A DNA stretch of 40,003 nt from Guillardia theta CCMP2712. Taxonomy: Eukaryota; Protista; Cryptophyta. Where the stretch lies: contig NW_005434664.1 of the NCBI RefSeq assembly GCF_000315625.1, positions 813,603 through 853,605 of the forward strand. The letters run 5' to 3'. The notes below the pieces were generated by a model. The model was given only the letters and a program-made list of their open reading frames with translations, searched no databases and was not told the origin of the DNA. How positions within the stretch are numbered: position 1 is the stretch's first letter; every line of letters begins with the position of its first letter. Of this stretch, positions 31,433 through 40,003 are shown one piece after another. Both the position numbers and the translations under genes were made by a program.

Positions 31433-33410
31433 GTTGGACTCTCTTAGCAACCAGACTTTTTGAACTTGTTTGAACCAAGTATCGCACAAGGTCTGAAGAG
31501 AGGATCACACCCTGGTCGCCCCTAGGAGTCCTGACGTCAAAACTCTCAGTAAGGGAAGCAGAAAAGTATAAAGCTGAGCAACAGCAATCTCAGCAATTGT
31601 TTCTTTGATGGGAAATGACAGCATCGACATGGGATCACAACTAAAGATCCGATGGGTTCACATCATATCAGCAAGTGCATCGAATCCTGCAAATATTCTT
31701 GCGTGTAATGGGCTTTTCTAGAGAACTATGGCAAATCATTATCATCATGTGCATATTGTCTTATGTATTTATCGATGTTCAACTTTTCGCCATTGTAACC
31801 ATTCGAGCTTCCAAAATCTTCAACTGCTCTCCTTTCGTCGTTAACATCACAGCAACGAACAACGCCTTCTCAACTCCAATGTGATATCTTCTAAAGCCCA
31901 CCTCCTCACACATCGTTCCCTCTGTATCTGTTTGGAGTTTTGACTGAATTTCCTAACTGTACATGTCTTTCAGAAGGCTTTCTCTCCATATCCGGTATGG
32001 TTCCCAAAATAATCTGAAACACTGCTCGACACTTCAACTTTCTCCCTTCCTGTTCACTCCCCATCCTCCTGTTCATCCTCTGCCCTTGTCTTGCAACTGC
32101 CATGATTTTCTACTGCATGTTGCGCTAGCTTTCTTCTTGACTTCTCCATTCTTCCCTCTCCTCCTCCTCCCTCCTCTCCATTGCCGCTGCCCACGCCGGT
32201 GCCACCTCCTTACTCCTACCCCTCCCACCCCCACCCCGGAAAAATACCCCCACCTACTACAAAAATATACCACCAGTGAGAGTTCAATTGACAACCCCCC
32301 AAACTGTATGAATCCACCAACAATTTACTACCCCTACCCCTGATATTAAAGATGAATAAAATTGGACCATACTGACTACCCCTTTGTTACTACCCCACCA
32401 CGATTCAACCAAAACCTCCCCACCTTACTTTTACCACCATCCTCATACCTCAACTCCTCTTTTATTGCCTATTAAGTACCGGTACTTTCCCTTACTTTCA
32501 CTACCCCTACCCCCTACAAGCATCCTGATCAAAACTGGACCCCAATTATCCCCCAGCTCAGCGCGTGTGAAAGAAAATATTAACTAATATATGTTGATGT
32601 ATCGATAACCTATAAAACCAATATATTCGTATCTTAAAAGAAAAGAATTGTACCCCACCCTACTTCCTGCTACGATTTTGTACTAGAAGCACCCATCGTG
32701 TACACGTGGCGGCGGCCCGCCTGAGTGAGTAGTCCGGGCCCGCCTTGCCGCCCAGCAAAGTTCTGAGGCGGGTCTCTTGTCAAGTCTTGACCTGCCCCTT
32801 GAGATGGAACAGAGATCCGATCGAAAGATGAACAGTTTATCAGTCAACAATAAGCTGATATATATATACAGCCTGCCTCAGACTTTTTGTACTGAATAAT
32901 TTCTTTTCTGAGTCTTGGTTTTTATTTCGAGATGACCCAGGATCCACACTGTTGCCATGGCTGCCGCTGACAGGGAGGGTTCAGCCGCGGAAGGCGAGGA
33001 GGAGCGCCTGCGATGAAGCAGAAGGAGATGGGGGATGGGGACAAGAGAAAGAAGAGAGCTCAGGACAGAAGAGGATTGAGAGCAAGCATGCCTGAGGGGA
33101 GAGCAACGGGGAGTATCAACGGAGGTAGAGACAGGGAACGCCTGAGGTGTTATGAAAGATGGAGTGTGATAACTGAGGACATAAGAAAGGTAAACAATAA
33201 GGTTGCCACATCTGAAATGCAGGTAGAGCAAGGTGACGAGATTTTGGCATCTCACATGATAGAGTTCCATCTGCCTGAACATCTCGACGCGTTGACGTTC
33301 TTTTGCCCATTGCAGATGTACAGGGACCGCGCTCAATGAAGCTGCCAAGAGAAGAGTTGCCTCGGTCCGTTTGATTCAGCAAGCTGTAGAACACTACCCG
33401 CTCCTTCACC

Positions 33411-36400
33411 ATGTCCAGCAGCGGCGACCAGCACTCGAGCTCCTCCATGTCCAAGGACAGCCAGGAGGTGGGCGGGGGAAGGGACCTGTCGTTCCTAACC
33501 GTGAAGCCTGTGCTCATCGAGGAGTTCCCTAGCACTGAGACGCAGGGGCTTGTGGCTCCGCGTAGCATGAAGGGTCAGCGACATGCTTGGGGGATGCTGA
33601 CGGCTGACTTGAGTGCAGGAGGCAAGGGATTCAAGGCTCAGGTGAAGTCTACCTCCGACGTCCTTCCCAAGTTCGGTGGGACGACCAGCGCAGAGATGTA
33701 CCAGGCATGGAAGCAGCTGGAGAAGCAGCAGGGAAAGATCGTGATCAGCGACGCGGGGGTCATTAGGGAGGGCGGGGTCGGGAACGCCATTGAGAGGGAG
33801 AGGACTCTGGAGGCAGTGCGATTCAAGTTGGACTACTTCCTCGCCAACAACATTGTGGACGCAAGGAACATCTTCAGGAAGTTGGACGCGACCGGCAACG
33901 GCTTGCTCACGCGCCTGGAGTTCGAGAAGGCGATCTTGGCCATGCACATCGGGCTGTCGGCGGTGCAGATGAAGGTGCTGCTTGACCACGTGTTCGAAAA
34001 CCTGGCCAAGGATCAGTCCATGGGCTTCGAGAAGCTGGTGAACTATATCGAGTTCATGAACGAGTTTTCCCCAAAGACGAACGGGGAGCTCAAGGTCACG
34101 AAGGGGCGGAAGAAAGGGAGGAAGAAGATCGTCCTCGACCCTGCTCCGGACGTTGAGATAGCCGAGGAGTTCGTCGATGACGAGGAGTTGGACAAAATCC
34201 CCATCATCATCCTCCTCGCGGGATTCTTCGTCTGTCCTGTCTGGTTGTTCGGCATCCGGTATGTCAAGTCGAGGAGGGCGGCAGAGCGCCTGTCGGGCAA
34301 GCTCTCGCTGTTCCTCGCCCTCTCGGCCTTCATCATCGTCGTGGTCGTGAGCACGTACTTCTCGAACCCCGGAAACGGAAAAGGTGTGTGGAGGGAGAGC
34401 TGCTGAGATTGATGGGGAGAGGAGAGGAGGAAGACGGAGAAGGGGGAGGAAGGAGCGAAAAAAACGTGAGGAGAGGGGAGACGAGGGGGAAGGTGAAGGG
34501 ACGAGGGGGGAAGGTGCGTGGGGCCGACGGCTGCTCCTTCTAAGTCTTGTCTCTCCGTTGCAGACAACCCGCAGCACTGCAAGGCGATCGAGGGCGTGCT
34601 CGTTGCTTTCCGCTTCGTGGGCTTCCAGGCCAAGAGATCAACCTTCTACACAGGCGCTGCGACAGGAGGATACAACAACCTGATCCTCTTCAAAGACGCT
34701 CTCCACAGCTTGTACCTAAAGACATCCGTCACGGTCACCTACAACGCTGATGAAGGTATTTGCTCCTTCCCCTTCCCTGAACTCCCCGTCGACCCCCCTT
34801 CCCCTTATCCTCCTCTCTTTCTTCTGTTCCTGCTCCTCTCCTCTTCACTGCGCTTTCCTCGCTCTCCATTCCGCTGTTTCCTCCTACGGAAGATTCTTGT
34901 GTCTCCCCCTTCGAGCAAGAGTCTGAGTCTTAATGTCAAGGGATCCTCGTCGATGCGATGCAGGACATTCCTCAGGACGCGGACGGAGCGACGTTGTTGG
35001 CGGTGATGAGCATCATCTTCGTAGCTTTCATCTCTTCCTCTTGCTGTCTTGTTCCCCGCCTTCCCTTCTGACTGCTCCTTGTTCCTTGACGTTTCCTCCT
35101 GTTTGTTCTCCTAGTCTCATCGCTCTCCACTTTGCAGGTTGTTCGCATGGTTGCTAGCGACTCCTACAACGCCGAGATTCTCACCACCGCCGTCAAAGAG
35201 TGGATCCGAAGAACTCCCCCCCCCCCGCCCCCCCCCCACCTTCCTGCTGCTCGCTCCTCCTCCCCCCCCCCTCCCTCCCTCCCTCTCTCCCTCTCCCCCC
35301 TCTTACTCTCTCCATTCCTCCCTTCCTCTCTCTCTGTGCTCCTCCTCTCGTCTCTTCTTCTCCTGTTTCTTCTTCTCCTCTCCTCTCTTCTCCTCCTACA
35401 CTTCCATTTTGTCCACTTTGCCATCCCCTCTTCCTCTTTACCCCGTGCACCCTCGTCGCTCCTTCTTCCTCCTGCCTGCCTCTCATCATCCCCTAGGATC
35501 TCTCAGGACGGCTCTCTCCTCGCAGAACCTCGACTTCGAGCGCATACTCATCGGTTCTGTCCCCATCTCCGGAAGCGAGAAGCAAGTCAGCACGCCGATC
35601 TACTTCAAGCAGACCGACTTCACCTTCGTCCCTGGGGCAGAGAACGGCACCATCACCTCCAGCACCCCCTTTCTCATGCGCATGCCCCCCACCAGCTCCA
35701 ATCCTCTCAACCCCAACGTAGGTGGAGGAAGAGCTGGAGGGGAGAGGGACAAGAGGGAGAGAAGGAAGGGAAGGAGGAGGAGCTGGAGAAGGAGAGGGGA
35801 GGGAGGGGAGAGAGTAATGGAGGGAGAGAGGGACAAGGGGGGAGGCCGAGTCTCAGAGTAAGGTCGAGAACAAGGAGGACGAAACGAGGACAAGGACGAC
35901 GAGCCTGATCAGTTTTGTGTGCAGGATCCTGGCTGGGCGATCTACAACAACAGCAGGCTGCCGACCTGCTGGTTCGTGGAAGGGTTTCAGCTGCCAGCGA
36001 ACCCGTGCTTGTCCAACACCTCGTCCCCCGCCTGCTCGACTGTGAGGAAGCGGATAAGGGGAAGAAGAGGAGTGAAGAAGAGAGAGAGAGGGAGGAGGAG
36101 GAGGAGGAGGAGGAGGAGGAAGGAGATGAGCTGGAATGATACATTGTGCAGGGCGTAAACATCATGAACATGAGGAGGACAGTGAAATTCATCNNNNNNN
36201 NNNNNNNNNNNNNNNNNNNNNNNNNNNNNNNNNNNNNNNNNNNNNNNNNNNNNNNNNNNNNNNNNNNNNNNNNNNNNNNNNNNNNNNNNNNNNNNNNNNN
36301 NNNNNNNNNNNNNNNNNNNNNNNNNNNNNNNNNNNNNNNNNNNNNNNNNNNNNNNNNNNNNNNNNNNNNNNNNNNNNNNNNNNNNNNNNNNNNNNNNNNN

Positions 36401-37048
36401 NNNNNNNNNNNNNNNNNNNNNNNNNNNNNNNNNNNNNNCTCCTCCTCCTCCTCCTCCTCCTCCTCCTCCTCCTTCTCCTCCTCAGATTTGGGTTCGTCAG
36501 ACATATACACCGATAAGCGTCATCGACACGCCGCCAATGCCGACATGGCTCATGGTAGAAGAAGAGGACCAGAGGGAGGGGGGAAGGATCTAGTCAGATG
36601 AGAGGCGGCAGGGGCAGGGGCAGGGGCAGGGGCAGGGGCAGGGGCAGGGGCAGGGGCAGGGGCAGGGGCAGGGGCAGGGGCAGGGGCAGGGGCAGGGGCA
36701 GCAAACTTCTTACGATCTTGTTGCAGGACACAACCAACTCCGTTTCAGGAAAAGCAGTCCGAGACACAAGTAGATGCAGCAACCCAGAATTGTGAGGACA
36801 AGAAAATTCGCTTGTCATCATCGTCCTCGTCCTCGTCCCTCTCCTCTTTCCCCCGCTCCTCCTCTTTCCCCCGCTCCTCCTCTTTCTTCCTCCTCTCTCT
36901 TCCTCCTCTCTCTTCCTCCCTCCCGACTCCTTCCCACTTCCTCCACCCTAACAGATTCTGCTCAGAGTTGATACATGCAAGTGGAACTATGAGGTTGAAA
37001 TTTACAAGGGACCTTACATGAGCTACTTCTGGGTTGGTAAGTGATCTT

Positions 37049-37119
<71 letters not shown>

Positions 37120-37740
37120 CTTTCCCTCCTTTCAACGCCCTTGGCGAACTTTCTTTCCACGCTGATCACCGTCCTCATCTGCTCCTCCTTCTCCTCCTTT
37201 CACTTCCTCTAGATGATACTGGAGGGCTGCAGGTGTGGTAGGGAAGAGAGAATCCTCTCAGTTCGTCCCCTTCAAAATCTTCTCGCAGTAAGTTCTGACT
37301 GCCCCTCCTCCCCCTCCCCCTCCCCCTCTCCTCCTCCATCGTGCTCCTTCGCCTCCTCCTGCCCGCTACCCACTGCCTGCTGCTCATGCTCATGCTCCTG
37401 CCCTCTGTTCCTCGATGTGGATCGTTCATTCTTCTTCCTCTCTCGTCTTGAGAATCCGCGCAGGTACCAGCAGAGCAACAACCCAAACTTCAACGGCAAC
37501 CCCAACCCCTTCCTCCAGTACCTCACGGGAGAGGTGATATCATCTCCTCCTCTCCCCCTTCCTCCTCGCTCCCTCCTTGTCTTCCCAATGCTGCAGACGT
37601 CCTCTCCTGCCCCCTCCCTGTTCCCCTCCCTCTCCTCCTTCCACCACCTCCTCCTCTGTTCTCCCCCCTCCCTCCTCTCCGGTCTCGACAGCTGACACTC
37701 AACCCCACAGACTTCCGCCGCTCCCTCCCTGCGCTTCAAC
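33411..37740 (+). CDS. Multi-exon membrane protein: N-terminal EF-hand region, two hydrophobic segments, large C-terminal (probably extracellular) domain; spans a gap, 3' end uncertain
   Basis: EF-hand IFRKLDATGNGLLTRLEF and second loop ..LVNYIEF; hydrophobic IPIIILLAGFFVCPVWLFGI and LSLFLALSAFIIVVVVSTYF. A donor after 34383 joins in frame to DNPQHCKAIEGVLVAFRF.., and further exons follow (DIPQDADGATLLA, VVRMVASDSYNAE, GSLRTALSSQNLDF.., DPGWAIYNNSRLPTCW.., YQQSNNPNFNGNPNPFLQY). Confidence 0.7.
36194..36438. other. Assembly gap (N)
   Basis: Run of N. Confidence 1.
36610..36700. repeat. (GGGGCA)n intronic hexamer repeat, G-quadruplex-prone
   Basis: About 15 GGGGCA units. Confidence 0.95.
37049..37116. 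repeat. (CTCCTG)n intronic hexamer repeat
   Basis: About 11 units. Confidence 0.93.
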
Positions 37741-37896
37741 ATCCTCCTCGTCCTCCTCGCGCTCCATGTTTGTATCTTCAATCTATAAATGTTCCCCTTC
37801 ACAGCTCCTTTCTTCCTTGCCTCTTACCTCGCTCCTCCTCCTCCTCCTCCTCCTCCTCCTCCTCTCGCTCTATCTTCTCGTTCCTTTCTATCCTCC

Positions 37897-39555
37897 TCAC
37901 TTCTGGCAAAGTTCCTTGATGCACTGCTGGAGGGCCTTGGTGGGCTAGAAAGACGTCAGAACCAGAACAAGTCGGCAGAGCAAAGGGACGGAAGATCGAG
38001 GGAGGGGAGGAAAGGGAGGGAGTAAGGGAAGGGNNNNNNNNNNNNNNNNNNNNNNNNNNNNNNNNNNNNNNNNNNNNNNNNNNNNNNNNNNNNNNNNNNN
38101 NNNNNNNNNNNNNNNNNNNNNNNNNNNNNNNNNNNNNNNNNNNNNNNNNNNNNNNNNNNNNNNNNNNNNNNNNNNNNNNNNNNNNNNNNNNNNNNNNNNN
38201 NNNNNNNNNNNNNNNNNNNNNNNNNNNNNNNNNNNNNNNNNNNNNNNNNNNNNNNNNNNNNNNNNNNNNNNNNNNNNNNNNNNNNNNNNNNNNNNNNNNN
38301 NNNNNNNNNNNNNNNNNNNNNNNNNNNNNNNNNNNNNNNNNNNNNNNNNNNNNNNNNNNNNNNNNNNNNNNNNNNNNNNNNNNNNNNNNNNNNNNNNNNN
38401 NNNNNNNNNNNNNNNNNNNNNNNNNNNNNNNNNNNNNNNNNNNNNNNNNNNNNNNNNNNNNNNNNNNNNNNNNNNNNNNNNNNNNNNNNNNNNNNNNNNN
38501 NNNNNNNNNNNNNNNNNNNNNNNNNNNNNNNNNNNNNNNNNNNNNNNNNNNNNNNNNNNNNNNNNNNNNNNNNNNNNNNNNNNNNNNNNNNNNNNNNNNN
38601 NNNNNNNNNNNNNNNNACGAAGGCTTGATGTGGTAGTACCTCGTCCTTCATCCTGCTCCTAGCAGGATCATTAGACTGGTGATTGTAGTCAGGCCCGCCG
38701 CCCTGGCACGAGCCCAGACAGTTGGAGGGGCAATTAGAGCATTGGATTATGTATTACAGTTATAATCTTTGATGATCTTGAATATTAAACAGCAACCAGG
38801 TAGGAGGAGGAGGAGGGGAAGGAGGAGGAGGGGAAGGAGGAGGAAGGGAAGGAGGAGAAGGGGGAGGAGGAGGGAGGGGGAGGAGGAGGGGGAGGAAGGA
38901 TCAAGTGTAGCTCTCATACTTGTCTCTTCTTCCCGGGAGGCTGTACGTCCATCCATCACTCCCCCATCGTCTCCTGTTGTACGCCATGTACTCTTCGCCC
39001 TCCTGCCGATCGCATCAGCATGAGAGGGAGAGAGTCGTTCATCACTTTGGCTGTCGCTGGATCGATCATGAAAGGCTTCCAGTGCACCTGCCATTATATG
39101 AAAATGAGGTATGTCTCCTCCTGCCCCTGCCCCTGCCCCTGCTTCTCCTCCTCCTCCTCCAAACCTCAATGTTTTCAGTGCCCCCACTCTTGCGAAAGTT
39201 GGCAATGGCGGCATCCAGGTTGTCCTTCAAGCAACAAGTCACCGAGGCACGAGAAGCTCGAGTAGGCGGGCGAGGAAGAAGAGCATGTAAAGGAGGTCTT
39301 GCTCCTACCTTTCCGACGTAGCACCTGAGATATCCTATACGTCACTCCTTTCCTCCACCTCCGCATGTTCTCACCAGGGGCAAGCGAGGTCACTGTAGAC
39401 GTCGAAGACGATGGTAGGTGACGAGGCCGAGGTCTGAGAGGCTTGAGTGAGTGAAGTCGTCGAAGCGCTCCATTGCGCAAAGAGAGCCTAAAGCAGCAGG
39501 AATACCAAGCAAACAGAAATCATCATGATACTGACAGCGAGGCTGATCCCGCCAT
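37897..39555 (-). CDS. DsbA-family (FrnE-like) thiol-disulfide oxidoreductase, multi-exon, spans a gap
   Basis: Spliced reading TIVFDVYSDLACP-WCYVGK-DNLDAAIANFRKSGGTENIE-VHWKPFMIDPATAK-EGEEYMAYNRRRWGSDGW carries the CPWC motif and 'v.w.PF.l.P'. The last exon 37944-37897 (PTKALQQCIKELCQK*) fits the C-terminal helix after 'GAQ'. The start (ATG 39555) is tentative. Confidence 0.82.
38034..38616. other. Assembly gap (N)
   Basis: Run of N. Confidence 1.
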
Positions 39556-39887
39556 TGTTGAGTTTGCTGCTGCTCTTGCCGCACGATCCTCCTTCGCACG
39601 CCATCTGCCATCACAGTCACAAACCCCGTCTCAACACATCTCTATCAAATCTCTCAATTCTCGTTCTCCTCGTCACCTCGTTCTTCCTCTCTCACGCCCC
39701 CTCTTCCCCTGGCATCTGCCCACTCCTCCTCCCTCCCTCCCCTCCCCCTCCCCCTCCCTCCCCTCCCCTCCCCTCCCCTCCCCTCCCCTCCCTCCCTCCC
39801 TCCCTCCCTCCCTCCCCCATCGAACGTCAGTTCCCTCTGCATTTACCTCTGAGGCGGGCTGGTGGACGCACAAAGAGGTCGGAGGGG

Positions 39888-39998
39888 ATGCTGGCCCAGC
39901 ATGCCGTCGGGCGATTTCTCGGGGCGAGGGACGAGGAATGCGAACGGCCGATGGCGATCGTTCACTTCAACATCATGATCTATGCCATGACCTACTGG
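39888..39998 (+). CDS. First exon of a probable MFS transporter (SLC22A18-like), 3' partial
   Basis: MLAQHAVGRFLGARDEECERPMAIVHFNIMIYAMTYW followed by a GT donor. 'HFNI.lYA..yW' resembles TM1 of SLC22A18-like MFS proteins, but only one short exon is visible. Confidence 0.45.
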
Positions 39999-40003
39999 GT
40001 GAT

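Noticed and set aside
31500-32150. Possible small minus-strand gene upstream of COPG
   Set aside because: Exon-like pieces exist (e.g. YHIGVEKALFVAVMLTTK), but I could not build a consistent spliced frame or recognise a motif.
33495-34577. 360-aa minus-strand ORF
   Set aside because: Antisense shadow of the GC3-rich EF-hand gene, with no independent motifs.
37897-38700. TFIIF-beta-like reading of 'PARSRMKDE' and 'PTKALQQCIKELC'
   Set aside because: The upstream exons clearly encode a DsbA/FrnE protein, whose C-terminal helix explains the last exon better.
39488-39526. In-frame TAG in a signal-peptide-like MMISVCLVFLLL*ALFAQW (stop readthrough/recoding)
   Set aside because: Better explained as the pyrimidine-rich end and AG acceptor of a 44-bp phase-0 intron following MAGSASLS.

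Overview
Gene-dense, intron-rich eukaryotic DNA. It has short (about 45-75 bp) spliceosomal introns, longer purine/pyrimidine-skewed low-complexity introns, many microsatellites and four N-gaps. The style, together with a signal+transit plastid-targeting leader and SEA-like 'RR' ectodomains, suggests a microalga with a complex plastid, probably a cryptophyte; this is inference only. Most ORFs in the six-frame track are exon fragments or shadows, so I rebuilt gene models by hand from GT/GC-AG junctions. Recognisable genes: a secreted Ig-like + SAM-methyltransferase gene (3' partial, -); a large RCC1/BLIP-II-repeat type I membrane protein with a tandemly duplicated two-exon 'NRTIYV' glyco-stalk (-); RPA3 (-); an LCCL-domain polytopic membrane protein (+); a predicted plastid-targeted SET-domain protein (-); an EGLN/PHD-type prolyl hydroxylase (+); gamma-COP (-); an EF-hand/transmembrane/ectodomain protein (+); a DsbA/FrnE-like CPWC oxidoreductase (-); and the start of a probable MFS transporter (+). 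Several hypothetical genes are also present. The most interesting non-coding signals are a highly structured RNA-like element in gamma-COP intron 1, and a recurring intergenic pattern of GC-rich palindromic TGACTCA islands plus ACCCC/GGGGT tracts upstream of genes. I found no rRNA, tRNA, CRISPR array or intact transposon.
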